Source of the DNA: an uncultured Chryseobacterium sp.
Lineage (GTDB): Bacteria; Bacteroidota; Bacteroidia; Flavobacteriales_D; Sanyastnellaceae
Length of the DNA: 64,000 bases
Assembly: GCA_964544665.1 (NCBI GenBank)
Contig: CAZJCQ010000003.1
Span: forward strand, 36,850 to 100,849
Direction: 5' to 3'
Translations under genes and position numbers: made by a program
Shown: positions 8,056 through 18,196 of the stretch, one piece after another
How the letters are laid out: each line of letters starts with the position of its first letter
Position numbering within the stretch: position 1 is the first letter of the stretch
Notes under the pieces: generated by a model
What the model was told of the DNA's origin: nothing
Database searches by the model: none
What the model saw: only the letters and a program-made list of their open reading frames with translations

Positions 8056-10572
8056 TTATTTCCTGCGATTACGCTTTCGCTTCTTTGAAGGAGGCTGCTG
8101 ATTATTCTTGGAATCGTTCACGTCAGTTGATTTCAAACGATCCAATTTCTTATCCTTTCTTTTTGCACGCATGCGGTCCAGCCATTTGAGCTTTTGCTCC
8201 TCTTGGCTACCTGAAAAAACAACCTCTTCGGGCTCATTTTCCACAGAAAATTTGACATTGTCAACGGGACCTTTCATCAAAATAAAAATCTTCTTTCCGT
8301 CGGCCTTCGGATGTTGACTTGCATCTCTCATTAAGAGATCAGCCACCTGAATACCGAACAAATACTCCATTTCCACATTCAGATGATGGACTGCTTTCAT
8401 GTTCATATTAAAGGCCGAAGTATTGATCTGCATCCAAGGAATCTCCAATACATCCTCTTGCAAGGATATAATATTCTTTAGCTCGGTAAATTCAACATTG
8501 GAAAGGCGCGCTGCCAATAAATCCTCATCTACTAGCGGCGCAATCCAACGATTCTTTTTAATATAATCCGCAACCTCATTAAGCCACGCTAAATTTTGAA
8601 TATTTCCATTGTTCAGGCTCACATCAGAAACCAAATCAATAGAAGATCGAATGACTTTAAAGTCTGATTCCAATGTCATTTTAAGATCAGTATTCGCATT
8701 CATTTTTCCCTGAATCTGATCTGACTTGACCACCGTTTGACCAAAATCATGAAACATGGAGAAAAGGGCTTGTATATCCGCATTACGCAATGAAGATTGC
8801 GAGGTCAACTGCCACTTGTTGTCCATCGTTTTATTGAGTGCTAAATTTCCCGTGCAACCACCATTGGCCATTTCCAATTCCAACTGCGATATATTCAGAC
8901 TATTCTCAGAGCCCCTTGCCTGAAGCTTAATGTTATTGGAAACAAAATCCCTAAATTTAAATTGTCCTATGTGACAACCCCCTTCCCATTCAACCCTAGG
9001 AAAAGCGAAATGAAAAGCTTGCGAATTTTCATTGCTCAATAATTCATCCGCATTGATTGAGTTCGATTCAATATTAATCCTCGCCTTTAACATCTCAGAA
9101 GGTTTGAACCAAAATGGAATCAAGTTATCAAATTGACCGATGATGGCGAAATCATTCTCCCCCAAATTAAATTTCAATTGATCCACTGCTGCTGATTGCT
9201 CAAATAAATGGAATTGACCGGATAAGCCGGTTATCACTTTTTCGGCTGCTTTTAATTTCAGCTCCCCATTCTCAATTTGTAAGTTACCCGCTGCTCTAAT
9301 TTGCGTCCAATCAATCGTAGAATCTGATAAAATTGCGGCATCCCCTCCCAGATCTGCCTCCATTTTTACTAGGCCTGATGCAATTTCGAGTGTATCCCAT
9401 TTTAAGTACTCCTTTAAATCAGAAAGTTGTGCTTCCACCTTCACATGACTGGCAATAATGGGACTTGCCAAGTTATCGAGCCTTCCTGTTACATTCCAAC
9501 TACCTCCTCCCAACTCAGCATTTAAGCTCTTTACCTCTACCCAATCTTTTGTTCCCCTTTTGCCATAAATCAACTCCATGTTGACATTGTTCATCGCCAA
9601 AGAAGAAAGAGGTTCAACCAATGAACCTTCTTTCCAATTCACCCAGCCATCAATATTTAAATTCGAGAATTTTCCCTTGGCCTCCACCTTGAGCGAGAGA
9701 CTGCCCTTGGGTTGATATTGATTGGCCAAAGCACGCATGAATTCTGGAATTGAGGCCAACAAATCGGCAGACTCCATATCCGCTGTCTCCAATTTCGCAT
9801 CGCATTCGCTTTTACTAAAGTTGAGCCATCCTTCCAAATGCAAATTGGACTCCGCTATTTGCAAATCCGTATCGGTAAAGGTTAGGTGTTGATTACCTCG
9901 ATCATAATTTACATTACCCGAAACCCCGATATCCTGCCGTGCGACCCACTCATTGTGATCTACTTTAAAATACTTTGAACGTCCTTTAAAATCGACTGCC
10001 AAGTCAATTTGATCCGCCGAAAAATCCCCTTTTAAAACAGTATGATTGACCCATAAACGCTGTTCGAATTTGCTCTCCTCATTTTTATAGTAGGTCTGCA
10101 TATTTTCAAAAACCAATTTTTTCAGATACACTGATAAAGAATCATTCGCCCCCTCATTTTGCTTAAATACACTCCAGTTTTTGCCTCTTCTTTGCTCATC
10201 CACTAATTGCAATGCTCCTCCTTTAACCACTAACTTGTTCACTTCATACTTACCATTCCAAGCATCCCAAACATCAAACGATAAATACACCTGCTTGGCA
10301 AACAACAACGTGTCATCAGCAAAGGCATTCTCGACATACATGTCAGAGAACTCAACACTCATCATGGGGAAGCTAGCCCAAAAAGAGAGGTCGATAGAAG
10401 ACACATTGGTCTTAGAACTGATATTCGATTGAACTTTTTTCCAAGCCAACTCAACAATTTCATCCCGAAAAAATGAGATTGTAACTGCAGAAACGGTAAT
10501 GAAAATAAGAAACAAGGCCAACAAAACGACCAATACCTTACGAGCAATTAATTTCCAATTTCCTTTTACCAT
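8056..10572 (-). CDS. AsmA-family outer-membrane biogenesis protein
   Basis: Single N-terminal TM helix, then a long beta-rich body with an AsmA-like N-terminal region (IDLSFWASFPMMSVEFSDMYV...). Basic Lys/Arg C-terminal tail. Sits in an envelope gene block. Confidence 0.55.
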   Translation of the reverse strand: MVKGNWKLIARKVLVVLLALFLIFITVSAVTISFFRDEIVELAWKKVQSNISSKTNVSSIDLSFWASFPMMSVEFSDMYVENAFADDTLLFAKQVYLSFDVWDAWNGKYEVNKLVVKGGALQLVDEQRRGKNWSVFKQNEGANDSLSVYLKKLVFENMQTYYKNEESKFEQRLWVNHTVLKGDFSADQIDLAVDFKGRSKYFKVDHNEWVARQDIGVSGNVNYDRGNQHLTFTDTDLQIAESNLHLEGWLNFSKSECDAKLETADMESADLLASIPEFMRALANQYQPKGSLSLKVEAKGKFSNLNIDGWVNWKEGSLVEPLSSLAMNNVNMELIYGKRGTKDWVEVKSLNAELGGGSWNVTGRLDNLASPIIASHVKVEAQLSDLKEYLKWDTLEIASGLVKMEADLGGDAAILSDSTIDWTQIRAAGNLQIENGELKLKAAEKVITGLSGQFHLFEQSAAVDQLKFNLGENDFAIIGQFDNLIPFWFKPSEMLKARINIESNSINADELLSNENSQAFHFAFPRVEWEGGCHIGQFKFRDFVSNNIKLQARGSENSLNISQLELEMANGGCTGNLALNKTMDNKWQLTSQSSLRNADIQALFSMFHDFGQTVVKSDQIQGKMNANTDLKMTLESDFKVIRSSIDLVSDVSLNNGNIQNLAWLNEVADYIKKNRWIAPLVDEDLLAARLSNVEFTELKNIISLQEDVLEIPWMQINTSAFNMNMKAVHHLNVEMEYLFGIQVADLLMRDASQHPKADGKKIFILMKGPVDNVKFSVENEPEEVVFSGSQEEQKLKWLDRMRAKRKDKKLDRLKSTDVNDSKNNQQPPSKKRKRNRRK

Positions 10573-10592
10573 GATCTGGAATGGTCATTTTC

Positions 10593-11804
10593 CTAAACGC
10601 GTTTCCGCAGCAACCATTTGACCATAAAGATACAAAAAACAGTACCCGTCAACAAAACGGAAAGTGCAATCAGCCCAATTGAAGCAGGGTCTACCTTGAC
10701 CGGATAATGATCTACCACTGCACCTTGCATTGGAATCCATCCAAATTTCTCTTGACCCCAACAGACCAAAAGCCCAATCGTAATTCCTAACAACCCTCCC
10801 ACCACATTGATTAAAATACCCTGGAAAATAAACACCCTTTCAATGAACGTCTTATTCGCCCCCATGCTCTCAAAAATTTTCAAATCATTGGACTTTTCTA
10901 AAATCAACATTGACAAAGAAGAAACAATATTGAAACTCGCAATGATCAATATAAAAAGCAAGATGGCAAATGTTGCCCACTTCTCTGATTGCGTTGTTTT
11001 ATAAATCAACGCATTTTTCTCTAAACGGGTGATCACATGTAGTGAATCGTTGGCTAACTTCGGATTCCACTTTGCAGCAAAAGACTGCATCTGGTCATCA
11101 TTCTTCAAATACACTTCGACGCTAGATACCTGATCCTTGCGACCCAAAATTTGCTGTGCATTGTGCAGCGGAACGAAGAGATATTTCACATCAAGCTCTG
11201 CGTTGGCGGAAAATACCCCTTCAATAATCGCTTGTGATTCAGAAAACGCATTCTCACGAAATCTAGACAACTTCTTGCCTTTAATTGGTGCTTTAATGGT
11301 CAAGGGGGAGCGAAATTCATCTTCCACCGGTATTTTCAATTGCCCACACACACCTAAACCCGGAACACAACTGACCGAAGTAGTATCGGTAACATCAAAT
11401 TGACCTGTTCGCATCAAATGATCGATGCCCGAAACCTCGCCATATTGAGGGCCTACTCCTTTCAGCATCACCACTCCGTTTGCTTCATTGTAGGAAATCC
11501 AGACATCATCTTCTAAAACAGATTGGCAAGATTTCACCGTGCCATCTTGCATTATGTCCTGCTGAATGTCTTGTGAAAAATAAAAGGACGCTCCCGACTG
11601 ATGCCTGATGACAATTGGAGCATCAAAATGAGAAAATAAATCGTCTACCAAACATTCGATCCCATTAAATGCACTCATTACTATTACCATAGCGGCTGAT
11701 ACAAATGCAACAACGACCATTGAGATAATGGAAATCAAGTGAATGACATTTTTCGATTTTTTAGAAAATAGATACCGTCCTGCTATGAATAAAGACAGCC
11801 GCAT
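10593..11804 (-). CDS. FtsX-like ABC transporter permease, LolC/LolE family
   Basis: N-terminus RLSLFIAGRYLFSKKSKNVIHLISIISMVVVAFVSAAM, then a large loop and three C-terminal TM helices. Confidence 0.75.
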   Translation of the reverse strand: MRLSLFIAGRYLFSKKSKNVIHLISIISMVVVAFVSAAMVIVMSAFNGIECLVDDLFSHFDAPIVIRHQSGASFYFSQDIQQDIMQDGTVKSCQSVLEDDVWISYNEANGVVMLKGVGPQYGEVSGIDHLMRTGQFDVTDTTSVSCVPGLGVCGQLKIPVEDEFRSPLTIKAPIKGKKLSRFRENAFSESQAIIEGVFSANAELDVKYLFVPLHNAQQILGRKDQVSSVEVYLKNDDQMQSFAAKWNPKLANDSLHVITRLEKNALIYKTTQSEKWATFAILLFILIIASFNIVSSLSMLILEKSNDLKIFESMGANKTFIERVFIFQGILINVVGGLLGITIGLLVCWGQEKFGWIPMQGAVVDHYPVKVDPASIGLIALSVLLTGTVFCIFMVKWLLRKRV

Positions 11805-11805
11805 A

Positions 11806-12609
11806 TTACTTCCACGCCTTTACAATTAATCCGGTACCCGTAGGATTATTCATTGACACATCCATTTGATTAAAAACCAATGCAAAGGGAAAAGTTATCA
11901 AATAATACAAAGGAAGGATCAAAAAGAAGATATACGATCTGTTGAGCATAAGCATTGGATACTTCATGCTGAGCAACCAAGAAATACGACCCCATTTTCC
12001 GTAAGAATACTGTATTTCCCATTTAGCGAATCCAGCAACACGTAACTTCTCTGCCATGTCTTCCACTCCATAACCATCTCTCACGTGTTCCTCTATAAAA
12101 CTCGTTTCACCATCTTCATGAACATCACTTCCACCCTGATCACTTGGCGTAGAGATCAACAACATCCCGCCAGGCTTTAAACTTTTTTGATAATTCGTCA
12201 ATACTTGAACATCCTCTTCGATATGCTCCATTACATCGACACAAAGCACTAAATCAAATGAGTTTGCCCGAACAAATTGGGTTAAATCCCCTGTTTGGAA
12301 AACGACATTTTGAATGCCCTTTTTTGTAAAAAAATCGGTACAATCTGCTACTTGTTCATCTTTCAGATCGATGCCCAGTATAGAAATTCCAGGAAACTCC
12401 TGGGCCATTCGATAAGCATATTGACCAAAACCAAATCCCGCATCCAATATCTGACGACCGGCATGCCCATTGTTCCATTGTCTCATCGCTTTGCGAATAT
12501 GCCATGAGCGCAATAGCAATAAATCCAAGAGTTGATAAAACAAGACCCGCATCCATAATGCGTTATTGAAAAAACTACCTAGCGTTCTTTTAATCGGATC
12601 GTAATGCAT
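11806..12609 (-). CDS. Class I SAM-dependent methyltransferase with a hydrophobic C-terminal segment
   Basis: Motif I ILDAGFGFGQYA. Post-I GIDL. Motif LVLCVDVMEHI. Confidence 0.65.
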   Translation of the reverse strand: MHYDPIKRTLGSFFNNALWMRVLFYQLLDLLLLRSWHIRKAMRQWNNGHAGRQILDAGFGFGQYAYRMAQEFPGISILGIDLKDEQVADCTDFFTKKGIQNVVFQTGDLTQFVRANSFDLVLCVDVMEHIEEDVQVLTNYQKSLKPGGMLLISTPSDQGGSDVHEDGETSFIEEHVRDGYGVEDMAEKLRVAGFAKWEIQYSYGKWGRISWLLSMKYPMLMLNRSYIFFLILPLYYLITFPFALVFNQMDVSMNNPTGTGLIVKAWK

Positions 12610-12611
12610 CT

Positions 12612-12950
12612 TTATTTCTTTAATAATCTCTCAATTTCTGCGGCGTATTCCATTGAGTCGTCAAAAAAGAACTGCAACTCCGGAATCTTTCTCATTTGCT
12701 TACCAACAGAGAGACCCAACTCTTTTCTAACCGCATAATGATGCTCTTTTAACCAAATCAAGACACTCTCTTTTGATGCTGTTGGAAATATGGAAACATA
12801 TACCTTGGCATAGCCTAAATCGGGAGAAATTCGCACCAATGTGACGGTAATTAAACAACCCGAAAACCATTCCCTGCCATTTTTTTGAAAAATGATGGAC
12901 AACTCCTTTCTGAGGAGGGCGGAAAATTTTTCTAAACGAATGCTTGCCAT
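12612..12950 (-). CDS. rbfA: Ribosome-binding factor A
   Basis: MASIRLEKFSALLRKELSIIFQK...VTLVRISPDLGYAKVYVS. The ATG at 12950 is preferred over the ORF-track start at 12977 because a TACCTTTG box lies 4 nt upstream of it. Confidence 0.8.
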   Translation of the reverse strand: MASIRLEKFSALLRKELSIIFQKNGREWFSGCLITVTLVRISPDLGYAKVYVSIFPTASKESVLIWLKEHHYAVRKELGLSVGKQMRKIPELQFFFDDSMEYAAEIERLLKK

Positions 12951-12954
12951 TGTC

Positions 12955-12962
12955 CAAAGGTA
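12955..12962 (-). promoter_or_regulatory. -7 promoter box TACCTTTG, 4 nt upstream of the rbfA ATG
   Basis: The minus strand reads TACCTTTG-GACA-ATG. Confidence 0.4.
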
Positions 12963-12976
12963 AGTCATCCTTTGCA

Positions 12977-12984
12977 TAGCTTTG
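12977..12984 (+). promoter_or_regulatory. -7 promoter box TAGCTTTG upstream of the GNAT/aspartate kinase pair
   Basis: TAGCTTTG-N7-ATG (12992). Divergent from the rbfA box. Confidence 0.35.
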
Positions 12985-12991
12985 TCATTGT

Positions 12992-13486
12992 ATGCAAAAT
13001 AGCCCCTATTTCATCCGAAAAGGCACCCGAGCAGATGTTCCAGCGGCCTTACATTTAATAAAAGAATTAGCGCTTTACGAAAAGGCTCCCCATGAAGTAA
13101 CCAATACAGAAGCCGATATGATTCGGGATGGATTTGGAGAGCATCCCTTTTTTGAAATGTGGGTAGCCATCGAAAATGAAGTAATCGTAGGTTTAGCGCT
13201 CACTTACATTCGTTACAGCACTTGGAAAGGAAAAATGCTTTATTTGGAAGATATCGTAGTCACTGAAAGCAGCAGGGGTCGTGGCATTGGGAGATCTCTA
13301 TTCTTGGAAGTTTGTAAAAAAGTACAACAAGATGAATTGAATGGCTTAATCTGGCAAGTTCTCGACTGGAATGAACCCGCACTTCATTTTTATAAAAAAT
13401 TCAATGCATCTTTGGATCCGGAATGGGTCAACGGAAAATTATTACCATCCACCATCAACAATTTGCTGCGAAATGAAAGTATTTAA
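12992..13486 (+). CDS. GNAT N-acetyltransferase, diamine/spermidine acetyltransferase-like
   Basis: LIKELALYEKAP... and acetyl-CoA loop RGRGIGRSLF. Confidence 0.7.
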   Translation: MQNSPYFIRKGTRADVPAALHLIKELALYEKAPHEVTNTEADMIRDGFGEHPFFEMWVAIENEVIVGLALTYIRYSTWKGKMLYLEDIVVTESSRGRGIGRSLFLEVCKKVQQDELNGLIWQVLDWNEPALHFYKKFNASLDPEWVNGKLLPSTINNLLRNESI

Positions 13487-14702
13487 ATTTGGAGGCGCCA
13501 GCGTTAAAGACGCATCTTCTTTTCTCAATGTATTTCAAATTTTAACCAAACACACCCATCAAAAACTATGGGTGGTGGTCTCAGCCATTGGAAAAACGAC
13601 CAATCAGCTAGAGCGTATGCACGCAGATTGGAGAAAAGGGAATTTGGAAACTGAAGATTGGAATCTACTCCTTACCACCCATGAAAGCATCGCAATGGAA
13701 CTGGGAATTGATCATCCTGAAGCCAGATGGCGCAAGACTTGGCTGACCCTTCAGCAATTGAAAATCGAAAAACCAATTGGACATTTTGATGCCACCTACG
13801 ATCAATGGGTGAGTTATGGGGAAATACTTTCTACCCAAATGCTTTCCGACTTATGTGCATATAAGGGAATGGCCAACCAGTGGGTGGATGCTAGAGAGTG
13901 GCTCATGACTGACCATCGTTTTCGTGATGCAAGAGTTGATTGGACGGTTACTCAGAAAGCCATCCAAATGATACCCACGCATGAATTGAGCATTACGCAA
14001 GGATTTATCGGTCATTCCGAACAAGGAACGACCACATTGGGAAGAGAGGGGTCGGATTATACCGCCGCCATCATTGCTCACTGCTTGGATGCCGAATCCT
14101 TGGTTATTTGGAAAGATGTTCCCGGAATGTTAAATGCAGATCCAAAGAAATTTTCCAATGCCCAATTTATTCCTGAGCTTTCTTTTCAAGAAGCGCTTGA
14201 GCTGGCCTACTATGGCGCCAGCGTTATCCACCCCAAGACCATTCAACCCCTACAAGCGAAGAATATACCCTTGTATATCCAATCGTTTATTGAGCCTGAA
14301 AATCAAGGTACATTGATTCATCGAAGTGAGATGATTGATTATCCCGTTTGCACCATACTCAAAGAAAATCAAACCCTTTTATCCATCACCACCAAAGACG
14401 GAAGCTTCGTTGTAGAGGACAACGTATTGGAAATTTTTCAGGAACTGATTCGCATTGGAATCAAAGTTCAACTCATGGAAAACAGCGCATTGAGCTTTTC
14501 ACTTTGTATCCAATCAGAGAAGGATAAATTAGATGAACTCTGTGACAAATTAAAATCGCGTTATGTCATCAAATACAACTTCCCCGTGACACTGGTTACG
14601 TTGAGACATTACCAGGAAAAAGATTTACATCAATGGGAAAAGGAACCCATTTTATTGGAGCAAAAAAATAGAACAACGATGCGTTGGATTTTGGACAAAT
14701 AA
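13473..14702 (+). CDS. lysC: Aspartate kinase (monofunctional)
   Basis: MKVFKFGGASVKDA kinase N-terminus, LGREGSDYTAA motif and C-terminal ACT-like region. The internal ATG at 13473 is used. The 34-codon upstream extension in the ORF track overlaps the GNAT gene and does not look like kinase sequence. Confidence 0.8.
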   Translation: MKVFKFGGASVKDASSFLNVFQILTKHTHQKLWVVVSAIGKTTNQLERMHADWRKGNLETEDWNLLLTTHESIAMELGIDHPEARWRKTWLTLQQLKIEKPIGHFDATYDQWVSYGEILSTQMLSDLCAYKGMANQWVDAREWLMTDHRFRDARVDWTVTQKAIQMIPTHELSITQGFIGHSEQGTTTLGREGSDYTAAIIAHCLDAESLVIWKDVPGMLNADPKKFSNAQFIPELSFQEALELAYYGASVIHPKTIQPLQAKNIPLYIQSFIEPENQGTLIHRSEMIDYPVCTILKENQTLLSITTKDGSFVVEDNVLEIFQELIRIGIKVQLMENSALSFSLCIQSEKDKLDELCDKLKSRYVIKYNFPVTLVTLRHYQEKDLHQWEKEPILLEQKNRTTMRWILDK

Positions 14703-14724
14703 AAAAATCCCTTGCGGGATTTTT
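14701..14724. terminator. Bidirectional hairpin terminator between convergent genes
   Basis: aaaaaaATCCCttgcGGGATtttt: an A-run, a 5 bp stem extendable by A:T pairs, and a T-run. Confidence 0.5.
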
Positions 14725-14945
14725 CAATATTCATCTTCATTAAAGAAGAAGTCCTCTTTTGTAGGATAATCTGGCCAAATATCCTCAATGCTTTCAAAAA
14801 CCTCTTCATCATCTTCGATTTGTTGTAAGTTTTCTACGACTTCCAACGGAGCGCCTGCTCTCATCGCGTAATCAATCAACTCATCCTTTGTAGCCGGCCA
14901 TGGCGCATCTTCCAAATAAGAGGCAAGTTCAAGTGTCCAATACAT
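14724..14945 (-). CDS. DUF2795-family small protein
   Basis: YLEDAPWPATKDELIDYAMRAGAP... followed by an acidic tail. Confidence 0.6.
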   Translation of the reverse strand: MYWTLELASYLEDAPWPATKDELIDYAMRAGAPLEVVENLQQIEDDEEVFESIEDIWPDYPTKEDFFFNEDEY

Positions 14946-15047
14946 ACCAATTCAATTTTTAATTAATTCTACTTCGCTATCATCCCACTTTTGCGCGAAA
15001 GTAGGATTTTCAGATGAAAATACAACATTTTTTTAAAAAAACCAAAC

Positions 15048-15596
15048 TTAAGGTTTCCATAGTGGCACTTCCACTCCTTGAATATGAGCAATATAACGGG
15101 CTAGCGTAAAGTAATAATCTGACAATCTATTTAAAAAAATAGGAAACACTGTATCCATTGGAGCTTCATGATGTAGCACCCAAACCGATCGCTCTGCCCT
15201 TCTGCAGATACACCTGACTATATGGGCCTGACTGATGGCCAAACTACCTCCTGGAAGAGTGAAATGCTGTATAGAAGGTAGGCTTTGATTCATTTCGTCT
15301 ATCCTATGCTCCAGGCGCTCCATATCGGCAGAACTCATTTGGGGCATATTCATCTTCTCTTCCAAGCCAGGTTCTACGGCTAACCAACTGCCCAAGACAA
15401 ATAAGCGATCCTGAATCCAAAGCTGAAATTCCAATTCGGATGCATCCTGATTCCACAAATCTTTTAGCATTCCAACATTTGAATTTAGCTCATCCACATT
15501 TCCATACGCCTCGATACGGGCATCAAATTTCTTTAAACGTGAAGACCCTAGAATTCCTGTTGTTCCATCATCCCCTGTTTTGGTGTAAATTTTCAT
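15048..15596 (-). CDS. Cob(I)alamin adenosyltransferase, PduO type
   Basis: MKIYTKTGDDGTTG...RIEAYGNVDELNS signature N-terminus. Confidence 0.85.
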   Translation of the reverse strand: MKIYTKTGDDGTTGILGSSRLKKFDARIEAYGNVDELNSNVGMLKDLWNQDASELEFQLWIQDRLFVLGSWLAVEPGLEEKMNMPQMSSADMERLEHRIDEMNQSLPSIQHFTLPGGSLAISQAHIVRCICRRAERSVWVLHHEAPMDTVFPIFLNRLSDYYFTLARYIAHIQGVEVPLWKP

Positions 15597-15644
15597 ATCC
15601 CGTATTACTTAATAATTTTTGATGCGAATATAACGCTTGCTCCC

Positions 15645-15652
15645 TATTTTTG
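15645..15652 (+). promoter_or_regulatory. -7 promoter box TATTTTTG upstream of the dCMP deaminase operon
   Basis: TATTTTTG lies 23 nt upstream of the ATG at 15676. Confidence 0.35.
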
Positions 15653-15675
15653 TGACTGGACATTGATTATAACCA

Positions 15676-16101
15676 ATGGATAAAGCTAAACAAGAGCGCT
15701 ATGATCGCGCGTATTTGAAAATGGCCTTGGAATGGGCCAAGCTTTCTCATTGTGTTCGAAAAAAAGTAGGAGCCCTGCTTGTAAAAGACGGAATGCTCAT
15801 TTCTGATGGATACAACGGCACACCCAGTGGATTTCCAAACGTATGTGAAACAGACGATGGAGATACCCATTGGTACGTTTTGCACGCAGAGGCCAATGCC
15901 ATTACTAAAATTGCAAAATCTACGAATAACGCCAAGGATTCTACTTTATACATCACCATGTCCCCTTGTAAAGATTGCTGTAAACTCATTTTACAAGCAG
16001 GTATCAAAAGAATGGTATATGTCGATGAATACAAAGACACCACTGCCATCACATTTCTTAAATCAGCCGGACTAGAAGTAGTTCATATACCCCAACCTTA
16101 A
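15676..16101 (+). CDS. Deoxycytidylate (dCMP) deaminase
   Basis: Zinc motifs HAEANAI and PCKDCCKLI. Confidence 0.85.
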   Translation: MDKAKQERYDRAYLKMALEWAKLSHCVRKKVGALLVKDGMLISDGYNGTPSGFPNVCETDDGDTHWYVLHAEANAITKIAKSTNNAKDSTLYITMSPCKDCCKLILQAGIKRMVYVDEYKDTTAITFLKSAGLEVVHIPQP

Positions 16102-16104
16102 TTC

Positions 16105-17784
16105 ATGGAAGAACCAAACTTCAGTTCAATACCGGAAGAAAATAAGTCGACGCCTTCGAGAAGACGCCCCCGAGCATCCACCGCTCAACCGTTGTATTTT
16201 GGTGCAACTCTAATCATTGGAATTCTAATCGGTACTTATTTGGCAGATTCTAATTTATTGACGATCAAAACTGGAGCGGAAGAAAACCCCAATAAACTGG
16301 TCACCCTTATTGATTATATCGAAGAAACCTATGTAGACAGTGTAGATAAAAAAAGATTAATTGATGACGCCATTTCATCTATTTTATCACATCTCGATCC
16401 ACACTCTTATTACATCAATCCAGATGAACTGGCCGCCGCTAAAGAAAAAATGAATGGCGAATACCAAGGAATTGGGATGGAGTTCATGATTTTACGCGAT
16501 ACGCTGCGGGTAGTGAAAACCATGACCAATAGCCCCGCTCAAAAAGGGGGGCTAAAGATGGGAGATAAAATTGTAGAGGTTGATGGAAAAAACATTGCAG
16601 GACAAAAATTGAGTAGTGATAAAGTACAAAAATTAATTAAAGGGAAATCGGGTACGGATGTTCAATTAAAGGTTCTGAGGACAGGTCAATCTAACCCATT
16701 GGCGATAACCTTACAAAGAGGAAATATTCCCATCGAAAGTGTATCCGCCTCATTTAAAATTGCTCCTCAAGTGGGTTACGTAAAAATCGAATCCTTTGCC
16801 CATACTACTTTTGAAGAGTTTCAAAAAGCAATGCGCCAATTGATAGCAGAAGACTGTAAATCGGTAATCATCGACTTAAGGGGGAATGGTGGAGGATTAT
16901 TGGATCAATCTTTCCTGATCGCTGAATCATTTTTACCCAAGGATAAGCTGGTATTATACACGAAAGGGATGCACTTCCCTCAAAAAAACTATGTCACCAC
17001 ACAAGATGGTGAATTTCGAAATATGGAAGTAACGGTGTTGGTCGATCAAAACTCCGCATCCGCCAGTGAAATCTTAGCAGGGGCACTTCAAGATTGGGAC
17101 AAGAGCACAACGGTAGGAAGAAGAACCTTTGGAAAGGGACTGGTTCAGCACGAGATTGAATTACCAGACAGAAGTGCATTTCGATTAACCATTGCGCGCT
17201 ACTATACACCAACGGGCAGATGCATTCAAAAACCTTACAGTGATAGTGCCACCTATGATGATGATTTCGCACATCGCTATGTTCGAGGTGAATTATTCCA
17301 TTCCGACAGCATCGCTAAAAATGACAGCCTGAAATTTAAAACACCCGGAGGAAGAGTGGTTTATGGATCAGGAGGAATCACTCCCGAAGTATTCATCCCC
17401 TTGGACACTTCCAATAACATCCTTTTAAGCAAGATTGCCACTACTAGTTTATTGAGAGACCTTTGTTTTGAGTATATCGAATCCAATCAAAAGTCACTCG
17501 CTAAATTTAAATCAGAAGACGACTTTGTGGCTTCCTTTAAAGTTCCTGATGCATTGATTAATCAATTGTACAACGAGCTCAAGAAAGCCAACGTAAGCAT
17601 TCAAAATAAGGAATGGCAGCTTGGTAAATCGGAGGTGAAAAACAGAATGAAAGCCAATATTGGACGATACCTATTTACTGATAACGCTGTTCAAAAGGTA
17701 ATTTTAGTAGAAGATAAAGATTTGCAAAAGGCCATCGACGTGAGTAAATCCAAACTCAAATCTGACAATAAAAATAAAAATTAA
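16105..17784 (+). CDS. S41-family C-terminal processing peptidase with a PDZ domain
   Basis: PDZ GDKIVEVDG. DLRGNGGG. Catalytic-region SASASEILAGALQD and FGKGLVQ. Confidence 0.85.
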   Translation: MEEPNFSSIPEENKSTPSRRRPRASTAQPLYFGATLIIGILIGTYLADSNLLTIKTGAEENPNKLVTLIDYIEETYVDSVDKKRLIDDAISSILSHLDPHSYYINPDELAAAKEKMNGEYQGIGMEFMILRDTLRVVKTMTNSPAQKGGLKMGDKIVEVDGKNIAGQKLSSDKVQKLIKGKSGTDVQLKVLRTGQSNPLAITLQRGNIPIESVSASFKIAPQVGYVKIESFAHTTFEEFQKAMRQLIAEDCKSVIIDLRGNGGGLLDQSFLIAESFLPKDKLVLYTKGMHFPQKNYVTTQDGEFRNMEVTVLVDQNSASASEILAGALQDWDKSTTVGRRTFGKGLVQHEIELPDRSAFRLTIARYYTPTGRCIQKPYSDSATYDDDFAHRYVRGELFHSDSIAKNDSLKFKTPGGRVVYGSGGITPEVFIPLDTSNNILLSKIATTSLLRDLCFEYIESNQKSLAKFKSEDDFVASFKVPDALINQLYNELKKANVSIQNKEWQLGKSEVKNRMKANIGRYLFTDNAVQKVILVEDKDLQKAIDVSKSKLKSDNKNKN

Positions 17785-17785
17785 C

Positions 17786-18196
17786 ATGGCATCGCCGCTT
17801 CAACCATCTACCCGAACTTTGGGGAAAGCGGAACGATTAACTCATCGTAAACCCATTGAATCATTATTCAAAAATGGCCGATCCATAAAAGTTACATCAA
17901 TGGTTTTATTGTCTGAGCCAACCGTATTTACAGATGACCATCCGATCAAGATGATGTTCATTGTCAGCAAAAAAAACTACAAGCTCGCACATGATCGGAA
18001 CCAAATCAAAAGATGGATGAGAGAAAGTTACCGATTACAAAAACAACCCATCATCGCCACCGCCAAAGCACTTGGTCAGCAATTCAATGGCGGGCTAATG
18101 TTTACCGGAAAAAAAATGCCTAATTTTCCCTACGTGTTTAATAAGACACAAGAACTTCTTAAATTGTGGGAGCAGGAATTGAAAAAGGAATCATGA
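17786..18196 (+). CDS. rnpA: Ribonuclease P protein component
   Basis: LGKAERLTHRKPIESLFKNGRS. Basic protein of about 136 aa. Confidence 0.8.
   Translation: MASPLQPSTRTLGKAERLTHRKPIESLFKNGRSIKVTSMVLLSEPTVFTDDHPIKMMFIVSKKNYKLAHDRNQIKRWMRESYRLQKQPIIATAKALGQQFNGGLMFTGKKMPNFPYVFNKTQELLKLWEQELKKES

Noticed and set aside
13371-13472. A 34-codon N-terminal extension of aspartate kinase in the ORF track.
   Set aside because: The extension overlaps the GNAT gene and does not resemble kinase sequence. The canonical MKVFKFGGAS N-terminus starts at 13473.
12992-14702. The GNAT plus aspartate kinase pair as a partial ectoine (ectA-ask) cluster.
   Set aside because: No ectB or ectC is present. The GNAT carries the LIKELAxYEK signature of spermidine/diamine acetyltransferases rather than EctA-like features.
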